NCBI RefSeq assembly: GCF_004010195.1
Contig: NC_057717.1
Span: 63,279,168-63,343,167 of the forward strand
Reading direction: 5' to 3'
Source of the DNA: Chiloscyllium plagiosum
Lineage: Eukaryota
Length of the DNA stretch: 64,000 bases
A program made the position numbers and the translations under genes. Each line of letters opens with the position of its first letter. Position 1 is the first letter of the stretch. Shown one piece after another: positions 48,400 to 61,045 of this stretch. Under the pieces are notes generated by a model. It saw nothing but the letters and a program-made list of their open reading frames with translations. It was not told where the DNA came from and ran no database searches.

Positions 48400-49740
48400 C
48401 TTCGATGGATGACGTTGTCCTGAACATGCATCCAAATTAAACTAATTCATTCTGCCTTCACTTTGTCCATATCCCTACGTGACCTGCATTCTAACGTGCA
48501 TACCTAAAGGCTTCCTTAGCTCCCCCTTCTGCCAGTACCGACATCACGACAGTACATTCCAGACTCCTAACACTCACTGCATTAACGAAACGCATCTTTC
48601 ATATCTCCTTTTGAACTTTGAGCCTCTCACCTGAAATGCTTGTAACTTAAAGTTAGACACTTCACTTTGGGGAAGAGTCTCAGGCCAATAAACCTGTCCA
48701 TTAATTTCATATTTCTGTAGCCTTTTGCCATGTCTCACCTCACCTCTGCCTCACTAGAGAAAACAACCCGAGCTTTTTAATTGCATTTCCTTATCGCTCA
48801 TATCCTCAAATCCTGATAGAATCCTGGTAAAACTCTACTGCACCTTCTTCAAACCTCCATAACGTTCCTGTAACATGGTGAACAGAATTGAGCTCTAATA
48901 TCTTATCAAGCTGCAACATGATAGCCTGACTGTTACTCACAATTCTCCGAACAATAAAGACAAGCATGTCATAAACCTGTTCTACTACCCTGTCAATTTG
49001 TGTTGCCACTTTCAGGGAGCACTGGATTTGAAAGCAAAATCTCTCTTCAAATAAAAGCTCTTCAGGTTCCTGAAGGCATGATCTCCAAGTGCACCACTTG
49101 GACTCAACTCCATCTGGCAAATCTCCGTGCATACCTGGAACAGATCTACTTCCTGCTGTATTCTTTGACAACTTTCTATACTTTCCCAGAAACCACTGAA
49201 CCTTATCTCATCTGTAAACTTACAAACTCACCAAACTGCAATTTCATCCATGTCCACAACGCAAACCAGATACAGCAGAGCTGCCAGTCGTGATAACTAT
49301 GGACCACCACTTGTCACGGACTTCCTTCAGAAGACAAAACTCCGCTATTCCACCACGTTCGTCTGCCTAGTATGGGCAAAACCAAAAGAATTCAAACGAC
49401 CGATTCACCGTGGATCCCATGTATTTAAATCTCTGAACGACTCTACCATAAGGGGCTTTCCTGAAAGTCTCAGTAAAATCTATGTCGATAATATCCACAG
49501 CACTACCATAAACAACAAGTTTCATCACCTCCTCGAAACGTTCAATCATGTTAATAAGACATGCTCTTGCCCGCGCAAAGGCATTTTAACTGTGTCTAAT
49601 TAGGCCAGCTAGTTTGAAACATCAAAAGTCTTGTCCATTATAATACTCTCCAACAGCTTTCTAAATGACAGTGCGATGCTGGCTTTTCTTTAGTTTTCTG
49701 AAATATCACTGTTTACTTTCTTGAACAGAAGATCAGCAAT
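48400..49740 (-). mobile_element. Degenerate CR1 LINE RT to 3' end
   Basis: AVDIIDIDFTETFRKAPYGRV (49367..49549) and SLKVATQIDRVV (48806..49171). Confidence 0.8.
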
Positions 49741-52117
49741 ATAGGAATAAAGGCTTTATTTTCAACGTAAAGGCAGCTATGATCAAGGGATTCCCTAGTG
49801 GTATGCAATGGACAATAGAGTTCATTGAGATAGCTTTGGCTGAGAGAAAAGAAATATTACAGAAATATCGTGGCCTCTCAAGAGTAAGAGTGTGAGTTAA
49901 TGTTTTTTGTCTAACTACCACAAATAGGCGAGCTTCTCAATGAATATTTCCTCCCTGTGTTTATTGTAGACAAAGACATGAAGACTTGGTTATGACACCA
50001 GATAAAACGCTCTGATCATTCTAAAACTGACACCCAGAGAACCTCAACGCTTGCTGCACTGCGTTAAATTTCGGGAGGAAACCAATAATCCATTTAAAGT
50101 AAAAAATAACAATGTTATTCTATACGTCTTAAAGAGAATATTAAAACCAAAAACTATTTACAACATCCTCTTAATTCTATCTTTTAACTATCACGGAACA
50201 ATGCTGGTCCGATACATACCCTCTTAAATTTACGTCAAAATCAATTTGAAAACCCGTTATCATCCCAGATCTCGACCATTCTTTGTGGATTTCTCTGGCT
50301 TGACATTAGTGTTCTGCTGTACATATTGGTTTTTAGAAGGGAACTTCAGACAGCTATATAGCTAGCAGTTTGTTTGTTAGCAGTCATTGCTGTTCTCTAC
50401 CAATCTCTTTAAAATGACTGGTTTTGTTCCCCAAAACATTGGATCATTTAATTGGTTTGATGTCATCCCAAATTGAAAAATTGAAATTCGATTGGTATTT
50501 GTTATCTGGGGTACGACTGAAATTAATTGGCCGAGTTTGAATTTGTTAGGTGCATGGCAACACCATGCGAAATGTTTGTTGACACCAAATGTTACATATT
50601 AAGACCTTCTGTTCAGGTGTACTTTTCTATGTCCGGGTTAGTTTCCTCTCTCCCTTAAAAATACAGTACACATATAAACCTTCATGACCCCTTCCCCTGC
50701 AGAAAGCAAATGGAGCAACACAATGAAAGAAAAGCTCAATTTCTTCTTTGCCTTAACAGCATCACCATGACATGTGTATGACTTTAATCTAAGTTCACAT
50801 TAACTTCTTGCCAGACAAATATAATTCATAATTGAATAGATACCTACCTTATCTATACTTTATATTAGGTTGAATTCCTCTATGGCCTTCGTCTTTGCGT
50901 TCCATGTGGTCAACTTTACAGGACCACTGCTATGTCCCAAGAACGTCACCTTTGCTTCGTGTCTTGTTTTATTTAATGTTATTGCCAATTTCGCCTCTCG
51001 TGTTCGTTCAAACGGCACAGTATGATCCTACCAGTGCTTACGAAACACCAATACATTGTTCAAAAAGACTTCACAGTTTGTTAAATACTCGACAACTTTG
51101 TTTGTGAGTCTTTGAAATGTGGCGGGTGTGTTATTCATTCCAAAGTGCATCACTTTGACTTGTTGCAGTTCATTTGAGTTTGCAAGCACAGAAATGTCTT
51201 TCACTGTCACTGTTAAATGTACTTGTCTTAAACACACTTTGTCCAACTTGCTGATATAACTGCCTATCAAATTTTCTCCATACAGACCTCCAATCTCGAT
51301 ATTGGATATGAGTCCGATTTTATAATGTTGTGGACTTCCAATAATTCAAGAAAAATGTTGAATCCAGTCTGGTCTTGAGTCTAATCTGATTGCCTGAATT
51401 CTTGTAATCACATTGCCTCTTGGAATCTGGTAGGTACAACCATTGTGGATAATGAAAACTGTTTTTTTTTTTAATTTCCAAGCAGGAGTCCGTGACAATC
51501 ATTCATACTCCATGTGAAACGTTATTTGCATGTGGGCATTGGTATCTAAGAATATCACTGAACTTTATGCATTCTGGCTCAGTTCAATGCCATCCTCGTT
51601 AATTTTGGCTACCACACCCTTCTTGACCTCGCTGGCTTCAGAAGTGTGAAGTTGATTGGGGTGTTGCTTTATCGGAATAGCATTCCCTATATCCACTTCA
51701 TTTACAATCGTATTCTTCCGATGCATCAGACTCATACATTTGTCCGCATACTACAGTAACAAACTTCCAACTGTGTTCATTGCTCCTGAGGAAGATAGTG
51801 TGTTAAGCTGTTCACACTCCTCAAGGCCTTCTTAGTTTGAAAGATATTTTGTGTCACATCAAAATCCACAGCATCTGGATATGATTCCGCACTCTGCTGA
51901 GAAGTGACTTACACCTGTTTCTTCAGTTCTTTCTCTCCGGTATAATACAGTTTCAACAAGTCAACAACTTTATGAGATAGTTCACCTAACTCCACTTTTT
52001 TCTAAATTTATCAGGGGCTACTAAACCTGGCTTTAAATTGTGTCCTATCACTGGCNNNNNNNNNNNNNNNNNNNNNNNNNNNNNNNNNNNNNNNNNNNNN
52101 NNNNNNNNNNNNNNNNN

Positions 52118-52868
52118 GCTTCTAGGAATTCTCTGGCTGTTCTTTGTTTGGCTTGCCCTATAATGGTAGTGTTGTCCCAGTCGAATTCATGTTGCTTGTC
52201 GTCTGCGTGTGTGGCTACTAGGGATAGCTGGTCGTGTTGTTTCATGGCTAGTTGATGTTCGTGGATGCGATGTTTAGCTGTCTTCCTGTTTGTCCTATAT
52301 AGTGTTTTGTGCAGTCCTTGCATGGGATTTTGTACACTACATTAGATTTGCTCATCCTGTGTATCGGGTCCTTCGTTCTGAAATCCCATGCAAGGACTGC
52401 ACAAAACACTATATAGGACAAACAGGAAGACAGCTAACGATCCGCATCCACGAACATCAACTAGCCACGAAACGACACGACCAGCTATCCCGCGTAGCCA
52501 CACACGCAGACGACAAGCAACATGAATTCGACTGGGACAACACGACCATTATAGGGCAAGCCAAACAAAGAACAGCCAGGGAATTCCTAGAAGCATGGCA
52601 CTCATCCACAAACTCCATCACTAAACACATCGACCTGGACCCAATATACCGGCCACTACAGGACAGCTGAAACTAACAACCGGAAGCGGCAGGGACAGGC
52701 CACTATAAATGCCGGATGACACACCACAGAAGCGCTTCACAGGAGGCTCCCAAGCACTGAGGACGTCACCTAGACAGGGGACGAAACGTTTGCAACAAAA
52801 ACTTCCAGCTCGGCGAACAGAATGACAGCAACGAGCACCTGAGTTACAAATCTTCTCACAAACTTTGA
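52118..52868 (+). mobile_element. Young Penelope insertion with an inverted GIY-YIG segment (52118-52378 minus, 52381-52868 plus with pLTR)
   Basis: IPCKDCTKHYIGQTGRQLTIRIHEH...REFLEAWHSS on the plus strand; the same region in reverse complement immediately upstream; pLTR ends AAATCTTCTCACAAACTTTG. Confidence 0.93.
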
Positions 52869-53681
52869 ACAACGTCCGAATCTGTGCTTTTATATGCAAA
52901 CTGCTTCATTTTATGCTGTGGTCCCTTTTGGTACGTTTTAGTAATAACACCTGGTCGGCATTACCTCTTCCTCTCAACAGATGCAAAACCAAATCGTTCG
53001 GTCTTGTGCTTTGGTCTTGCCAAGTTTACTTTAAATAATTTCATGGGTCCTCACCTTCATGTCAGAAAATTAACTCGAAGGGAGTAGGCTGAGTAGATTC
53101 ATTTGGTGCATCTGTAATGGGAAACATTACGAATTGAACATCTTCATCCTCATTATTCAGGTAATCCTGACAGTATGCTCTCAACATGGTCTTCAAGGTC
53201 TCATGCCAGCTTTCTAATGCTCTCTTGGATTAGGTATGATAGGTACTTGTATAAAATCCAAATCCATAGCTAGCCTTGCAGTAAAATTAGAACCTTGATT
53301 CAAATGAATCTCTCTGGGTAGCCCATAACACGTGAATAAAGTGACGAACTCCTCCACCGCTCATTTTGCCTTAATTCTCATAATTCAATTGACTCTTGAA
53401 GTCTGTTAGACAAAGCCATTATGTTAACGAAAACTGTTTCCCATTTTTATTTCTCGGCATATGTCCGACACAATCTTTCATAACCCGTGTGAAACGGTCT
53501 TCACGGGCCAGAATTGGTAACAAATGTTCTGGCTTTATTTCCGCCTGGAACGTACCGACCAGTTGGCATATATGAGACGTTTGTTGAAGGTTAACAACAT
53601 CCTCATGCAGTCCAGGCCAATAAAAATGTTTTTTTTTAACCGAAGCCTGAGTCTTTCACACAGCACAATGAACACACCAGT

Positions 53682-54315
53682 GGGCGGCACGGTGGCTCAG
53701 TAGTTAGCACTGATGCCACACAGCACCAGGGTCCCAGGTTCGATTCCAACCTAGGGTGACAGTCTGAGTGGAGTTTGCACGTTCTGCCAGTGTTAGCGTG
53801 GGTTTTCACCGGATGCTCCGGTTTCCTTCCACAGTCCGAAGATTTAGATTAGATTACAGTGTGGAAACAGGCCCGAACGCCCAACAAGTCCACACCGACC
53901 CGCCGAAGCGAAACCCACCCATACCCCTACATTTACCCCTTACCGAACACTACGGGCAATTTAGCTTCGCCAATTCACCTGACCCTGGACATTTTTGGAC
54001 TGTGGGAGGAAACCAGAGCACCCGGAGGAAACCCACGCAGACACAGGGAGAACGTGCAAACTCCACACAGTCAGTCGCCTGAGACGGGAATTGAACCCGG
54101 GTCTCTGGTGCTGTGAGGCAGCAGTGCTAACCACTGTGCCACCGTGCCGCTCTTCATGTGCCGGCCAGGTGAATTGGCCGTGATAAATTGCCCATAGCGT
54201 TTGGTGCATTAGTCACAGGGAAACGGGTTTGGGTGGGTTATTCTTCGGAGTGTTGGTATGGATTGGTTGGGCCGAAGGGCCTGTTTCCACAATGTAGGGA
54301 ATCTAGTCTAATCTA
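53682..54315 (+). mobile_element. HE1/V-SINE-type SINE interrupted by an antisense copy of the same family
   Basis: Head GGGCGGCACGGTGGCTCAGTAGTTAGCAC..GGTTCGATTCC. It stops at ..CCGAAGAT (53843), resumes at ATGTG.. (54156) and ends with tail GGGCCGAAGGGCCTGTTTCC..AATCTAGTCTAATCTA. Confidence 0.92.
53844..54150 (-). mobile_element. Young HE1/V-SINE-type SINE (nested)
   Basis: Minus strand GCGGCACGGTGGCACAGTGGTTAGCACTGCTGCCTCACAGC..GGGTTCAATTCCC, V-domain and (AATCT)n tail. Confidence 0.93.
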
Positions 54316-55230
54316 TCGAGTTCATATTGTACTTCCAAAAATTCCGGGGTGTAATACACAGACTACACAATCTACTGCATTTCGCCGATTTCTGTTCTGC
54401 ACTATGCTGACGTGGTCTCCATTTCCGTCTCAAGCTTTCACCTTTCTGAAAGTTATCCTCAGGTGTATTCTCCTTCTTTTATACCGTGTTTAACATAATG
54501 CTTTTGGAAAATTCTGAAATTTTTGATTGCCTTCAGGAAGAATCCACATGAATTTTCAAATCCACCAGCAGAATAATCTCACTTTGAACCTCATAGATCT
54601 TATCTATCTTTAATTCCGGCATCCATTATTAGAAAAGACGGTGTTTATTTCCTTCAAACGCAAAAAAGTAAGTCTCATCTAATTCCATTTTAATGCTTCT
54701 GAAAGCTGTTTATGCGCTTCTGGTATCAATTCATAAGCGCTTAAAATAGCCTGTTTGATCTCTTTGTAATCTCTTGCCCTCTCATCTGACATAGCGGCAA
54801 ATACCTCACTAGTCCACCCTATCAGTTTTGTCTAAATTAGCATTATCCATAAATACAGGGACCGCACCAACAGGCTCACCAATTTTTCAAATGAGTTGAA
54901 GAAGGTTTTCGATATTTCTCTCATGAAAATGTGGCTGAGATTTGAAATATTTGTATATAATACTAATATCTCATCTAATCTCCATCCTGTTAACTTCACT
55001 CTGGTGACGAAGTTCCAAATTCGCAACTTCGAATTCTCATTCTTATTGCTCAGTGAAAACTTTCTCTCACCATTTGTTCTGTCTGTCTTTACGTCTACCT
55101 TACTTCTGTCTTTTTCTCTCCCTTTATTCTGTCTTTCTTTATCATCTAACAAACTTTTCCTCAATTGTAATTTAAATCTTTTTTCAAGGAAACTGCACAT
55201 GTCTGTTTCACTGACACCTAAGTATTTGAG

Positions 55231-57110
55231 TAGAGTCATAGAGATGTACAGCATGGAAACAGACCCTTCGGTGCAACCTGTCCATGATGACCAAATATCC
55301 CAACCCAATCTAGACCCACCTGCCAGCACCCGGCCCATATCCCTGCAAACTCTTCCTATTCATATATCCATTCTATTCCTCTTAAATTTTGCAGTTGTAC
55401 GAGCATCTCCACATCCTCTGGAAGCTCATTCCATACATGTACCACCCACTGCGTGAAAATTTGCCCCTTAGGTTTCTTTTATATCTTTCCTCTCTCACCC
55501 TCAACCTTTGCCCTGTAGTTATGGACTCCCCGACCCCAGTGAAAAGACATTGTCTATTTATCATATCCATGCTCCTCATAATTTTGTAAACCTCTGTAAG
55601 GTCACCGCTCAGCCTCTGACGCTCCATTGAAAACAGCTCCAGCCTGTACAGCCTCTCCCTTTAGCTCAGATCCTCCAACCCTGGCACCATCCTTGTAAAT
55701 ATTTTCTGAAGCCTTTCAAGGTTCTCAACATCTTTCCGATCGGAAGGAGACCAGAATTGCACGCAATATTCCAACAGTGGCTGAACCAAGGTCTGTACAG
55801 CCGTAACATGACCTCCCAACTCCTGTACTCAAAGCTCTGACCAAAAAAGGAAATTATACCAAACGCCTTCTTCACTATCCTATCTATCTGCGACTCCACT
55901 TTCAAGAAGCTGTGAATCTGCACTCCAAGGTCTCTTTGTTCAGCAACGCTCCCTAGGACCTGAACATTAAGTGTATAGGTCCTGCTAAGATTTCCTTTCC
56001 CAAAACGCAGCACCTCGCATTTATCTGAATTAAACTCCCATCTTCCACTTCTCAGCCCATTAGCCCATCCGGTCCAGGTCCTGTCATAATCTGAGGTAAC
56101 CCTCTTCGCTGTCCACTACGCCACCAATTTTGGTGTCATCTGCAAACTTACTAACAGTAGGTCTTATGCTCGCATCCAAATCATTTATGTTAATGACCAA
56201 ATGTAGAGGGCCTTGCAACCATCGTTGTGGCACTCCACTGGCCACAGGCCTCGAGTCTGAAAAACAACCTTCCACCACTACCCTCTGTCTTCTACTCTTT
56301 GAGCCAGTTCTGTATGCAAATGGCTAGTTCCCCGTGTATTCCATGAGATCTAACCTTGCGAATCAATCTCCCATGGGGAACCGTGTCGAACGCCTTACTG
56401 AAGTCCATTTGGATCGTACCTACTGCTCCGCCCTTATCAATCTTCTTTGTTACTTGAAAAAACTCAACCAAGTTTGTGTAACATGATTTCGCACGCACAA
56501 AGCCATGTTGACTATCCCTAATCGGTGCTTGCCTGTCCAAATACATATGCATCCTGTCACTCAGGATTCCTTCCAACAACCTGCCCACCACCGAGGTCAG
56601 GTTCACCGTTCTATAGTTCCCTGGCTTGTCTGTACCACCCTTCCTAAACTTTGGCACAACTATTGCCAAACTTCTGTCTTTCAGCACCTCACCTGTGACT
56701 ATCCATGATAAAAATATCTCAGCAAGAGGCCCCGCAATCACTTCTCTAACTTTCCACAGAGCTCTCAGGTACACCTGATCAGGTCCTGGGGATTTATCAA
56801 CCTTTAACCGTTTTAAGACATCCAGTTATTCCTCCTCTGTAATCTGGACTCTTTGAAAGGTGTCAACATCTATTTCTCTACAGTCTATATCTTCCATATT
56901 CCTTTCTACAGTAAATACTGATGTAAAATATTCATTTAGCATCTCCCCCATTTTCTGTGGTTCCATACAAAGGCCGCCTTGCTAATCTTTGTGAGGCCCC
57001 ACTCTTTCCCTATTACCCTTTTGCCCTTAATATATCTGAAAAAACTCTTTGGATTCTCCTTAATTCTATATGCCAAAGCTATCTCATTATCCGTTTTTCC
57101 CTCCTGACTA
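55231..57110 (-). mobile_element. Comparatively well-preserved 5'-truncated CR1 LINE (RT to 3' end) inserted in the Gypsy gag region
   Basis: PGNYRTVNLTSVVG..SQHGFVRAKSCYTNL..DFSKAFDTVPHGRL, SGVPQ..SKFADDTK, QRDLGV; frameshifted; tail CTGTACATCTCTATGACTCTA. Confidence 0.95.
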
Positions 57111-57739
57111 ATTCCCTGACAATTTCAGCTTTACTTTTGTCCTTGGTTAAACAAACTTCTAACCTCTGTTTGTAATTCCAACAATTCTTTTTTTTTATCT
57201 TTTCTTTCCAAACAATCTTAGCAAACTTGGAATCATATTCAAACCCCAGATACTCTTTACCAATTTTAACAGACAATACTCTGACCTTTAATTTAACCAA
57301 CTATAACTAACTAAATTTAAACAAATTGTCCCACCTATATTTTATTTAATGATCCAGGACACTAACCGGCAAATGCTTTAATCTACTGTTATTTTCTCGA
57401 TCCACGCATCTATTGTAACCTGTCCAAATCTCATTATCGATCTGTCTAATCGTATCGAAATCACAGGCGAGAACCTCCACACTATAAAACACACTGCCAA
57501 TTTTTTAAAAAGACACACAGAGAATCTCACCTGGCACCGTATTCTGTTAAATTTGAAGAGAAAAAGAAGGGCACAACTTAAGTAAAAATAACTTTTGTTT
57601 TCTGTAAACCCAAAAGAGAATATTAAAACCAACAACTCTTCGCAACCCCTTTCTCCTCAAAATATCTTTTACTTCATACTCTACAACACTGGACTGAAAA
57701 TTTTCCTCTTAAATTTAAGGCAAAATCAATTTCAAACCG

Positions 57740-58957
57740 AGTTACCGACACTCACACTCACGCAGACCCTCTCTGATACGCTCCCACACTCAAACACGCA
57801 CCATCTTACAAAGTCTTACGCCTTTACACTCACAATCACACATAAACATACAATCTGTCTGACTGACAGCGGCAGCGCCAAATTATTGCTTTCAATGGAG
57901 ATAGGCTGGTAACCACGTTCAGTACCAATAAGTATTGCCTCAACCGAGATCCTAGGTTCATGTCACACTACAGGTGACCGCATTGCACAACACATACACA
58001 GACATTCCTTCCTTCCCTCCCACAGGCACGCACTCTCACGCTGCCCTCTCTCAAATGCTCACAGCTGCATTCCTATACTCACACCCACACCGAAGTCTCT
58101 CACGCACGTCTACCCTTTTCACATGCACACAGTCTTTCACAGACACTCATCTCCCCAACACAGACAGACACATTTTCACATACACACACACACACATATT
58201 AATTTAATTAGATTAGATTACGTGCAGCATGGAAACAGGCCCTTCGGCCCAACAAGTCCACACCGACCCGCTGAAGAGCAACCCATCCATACATTTACCC
58301 CTTCACCTAACTCTACGGGCAATTTAGCATGGCCAATTCACCTAAAGTGCACATTTTTGGACTCTGGGAGGAAACCGGAGCACCCAGAGGAAACCCACGG
58401 GGAGAATGTGCAACTTCACACTGACAGTTGCCTGAGGCGGGAATTGAACCCAGGTCTCTGGCGCTGTGAGGCAGCAGTGCTAACCACTGAACCGCCCTAA
58501 TTTGTGAGGTGAATTTTTACTTGCAGACTAATATTTTACTTTGCTCAAAAACAGCACGAATCCATGTAAGATTCTGTGAGTCTGTTTTGAAGATGAGATT
58601 CAGTCTGAACATTGGGAATCAGGTCACCTCACACAGGGACCACAAACCTCCATTGCATTATCGGCACTGCCATAGCACATGTTGTTACAGTTCACTTGAG
58701 AATGCAACTTTAAAATATCTTCTGCGATTTTCATATGAAAGAACTGAAAGCAACATTGGCATTCTAAAAGATAAGAGAGTAAACAAATCGTCCTTTTTTA
58801 AAATATATCATTTCAGCTACATCACTCTTAAACGTTGTTATTATTCTTCGTCTTAAGATCTTATACTGCACAACAACCTGTTGAAGGAGCAGCGCTCCGA
58901 AATCTAGTACTTCCAATTCAACCTGTTGGCCAATAACCTGGAGTCGTGTGATTTTTA
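57740..58957 (+). mobile_element. Decayed Penelope-derived repeat with a CA-rich tract and terminal pLTR
   Basis: CA-rich low-complexity tract at 57745-58197. Ends in CTGTTGAAGGAGCAGCGCTCCGAAATCTAG..CCTGTTGG..GTGTGATTTTT (mutated hammerhead-type pLTR). Confidence 0.55.
58208..58497 (-). mobile_element. HE1/V-SINE-type SINE
   Basis: Minus strand GGCGGTTCAGTGGTTAGCACTGCTGCCTCACAGCGCC..GGTTCAATTCCC with an (AATCT)n tail; possible TAATTT TSD. Confidence 0.92.
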
Positions 58958-59018
58958 AAAATTGACACTGTTATTATATGATCAGATCAACATGGTCAAG
59001 CTGCAAAATTCGGACGCG

Positions 59019-61045
59019 TGCCCACAGAATTTCACATGTGACATGTTTCAGTGGAGAGTTAGGAGTCTTCTTGCTTTTTCTTCTTTTATGAAGTTTCAAT
59101 ATTTATTCTTCTGATGTTTGAGGACTTGGCTTTACAGTGGAGGAACATGGAGCTGAATTTTTGTTCATGGCCCATGTTCAATGAAATTGAGCTGAGTGTG
59201 AAGTTGTTTTAATAATCGGGAGAGATATTTCTTGAATAAGATTACAACGAGTGGTAACACATGAATTTCCGGAAAGGAGGTGGATTGCAGACTTGCGAGC
59301 TGACAACGATACTTAACACATCGATAGATAGAAATCTTCATCCCTATGAGTTTCTGTATGGCTATCGATTGGACAAATACATTATATATTCCTTTCTGAT
59401 GTTCACACTATAATCGCTCCTATAAATGTCAACTCCCGATGCATGGATGCCAATTCTTTTATCGTCTACAACAGAATCTCTGTTTTTTTTAATGAACAGT
59501 GCATTCGCGGCATTTGGCTAATATGTATAAGCAGCAACCCATGCATAAAACGATGAGCAAAAATAAAAAAAAATGAATCTACCCAGTGGATTTCTCTCTG
59601 ATGCTCGAATTTATCTGGCGTGTTATAAGTTGAATTTAATAAATCCACTCAGGTTATAAGAAGGACAGAGCATGAGGCTCAGTCCATCAAAGAGTCATAG
59701 TAATTAAATAGCATGACACACATCTTTGGCTCAACATGGACATGCCGAGTGGATATTCTAAACTGACCTCCTCCCATTTGCCAGAATTTGGCCATATCTC
59801 TGTTAGCGCTTCCTATTCATGAAAATCATTCAGGACATTTTCAAATATTGGAATTGTAGCTGCGTCCAATCCTTCCCCAGGCAGTTCATTCTGTACGTGC
59901 ATCACCATGTCGGTGAAAACGTTACTTCTTTTCCATTTAGTTATTTCTCCTCTCACACTAGACGTATGCTGTCAGGTTTTCTACACTCTACAGTGTAAGA
60001 AGACCTGAGTTACTCACCCTTCCAATGATCCTCATGACTTTATAAATCCCTATAAGGTCACCCGTTATCCTGTTGTGCTTCAGCGAGCTTGGTACCTCGA
60101 AATTCAGCATTCCAAGCAATCTTTTCTGAACGTTCATGTTCAACGGCTTCCTTTCGATAGCAAAGAGATCAGAATCGCACACACTGTTTTAATGTGGCCG
60201 AACCAATGTCTTGCACACATGCAACATCCCAATCTTCAACTGAATGCCCTGCCAAATAAAAGCAGTGATGCAATTCACCTTCTGTAAGATTCTGTTAACC
60301 TACGACTGCACTTTCAAAGAACTATGAACCTGCAATTCAAGGTCTCTTTTTAGATTAACGCATCCCATTGCCTATCATTAAGTGTACAGAGAAAACTGTG
60401 GACTGAAGATGCTGAAGATCTGAGTCGAGAGTGTGATGATGGAAAAGCACATCAGGTAAGGCAGCATCCGAAGAGCAGGGGAATCGGGCAAATCCCTTGA
60501 TCTGGAAGTGTATATGTTTGGGTGATTGACTTTCCAAAAGCATTAACTTGCATGTAATTAATATACGCCCATATTTCCACTCCTCCACCCAATGGCAAAT
60601 CTGACTTAATGTACCGCTGTAATTAGAGATAAACGTCTTCACTGTAAACAACACCACGTATTTTGGTGTCATCTGCGAATGTACGAAGCATAGCTTAGAA
60701 GTGTTGATCAGGTTGGTAGGCCAATCGCAAATGGTTTTATCACTTGTTAACGCAATAAAGATTTTGCGAAATTTAATGAAAGGCAGGACGCTGGGAAGAA
60801 TGGAGGAATACAGTTATCTTCCTTGTGGCACTCCACTGGTCACAGGCCTCCAGTCGGAAAAGCAACCCTCCATCAACACCCTCCGTCTTCTACTCTTGAG
60901 CCAGTTCTGTATCCAAATGGCTAATTCTCCCTGTTATCCGTGAAATCTAACAATGCTAATCAGTTTCCCATGGGAAACCTAGTCGAATGCCTTACTGAAG
61001 CCCACATACATCACATCTACTGTTCTGCCATCATCACTCTTCTTT
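59019..61045 (+). repeat. Copy 1 of a ~2 kb high-identity direct duplication (copy 2 at 61985-64000)
   Basis: TGCCCACAGAATTTCACATGTG.. to ..CATCACTCTTCTTT occurs in both copies with scattered SNPs and small indels. Contains CR1 (-) fragments and a pLTR. Confidence 0.95.

Larger units (their letters stand above)
49989..57740 (-). mobile_element. Decayed Gypsy/Ty3 LTR retrotransposon with gag-INT-RT order (Gmr1-like), interrupted by CR1, SINE and Penelope insertions
   Basis: LTR-like direct repeats at ~49989-50689 and ~57475-57740; PPT AGGGGAAGGGG at ~50688-50698 (minus). gag: FFNSFEKL..WIMLI and AILSAYELIPEA (54700-54910). INT: KHFYWPGLHEDVV..HICQ..FTRVMKDCVG..YGLPREIHLNQGSNF (53280-53635). 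RT: VMHFGMNNTPATFQRLTNKV (51028..51270). Confidence 0.85.

Noticed and set aside
53682-53760. tRNA gene
   Set aside because: The A/B boxes belong to a SINE head that continues into the V-domain and a CR1-derived tail; the same applies at 20758, 54150 and 58497.
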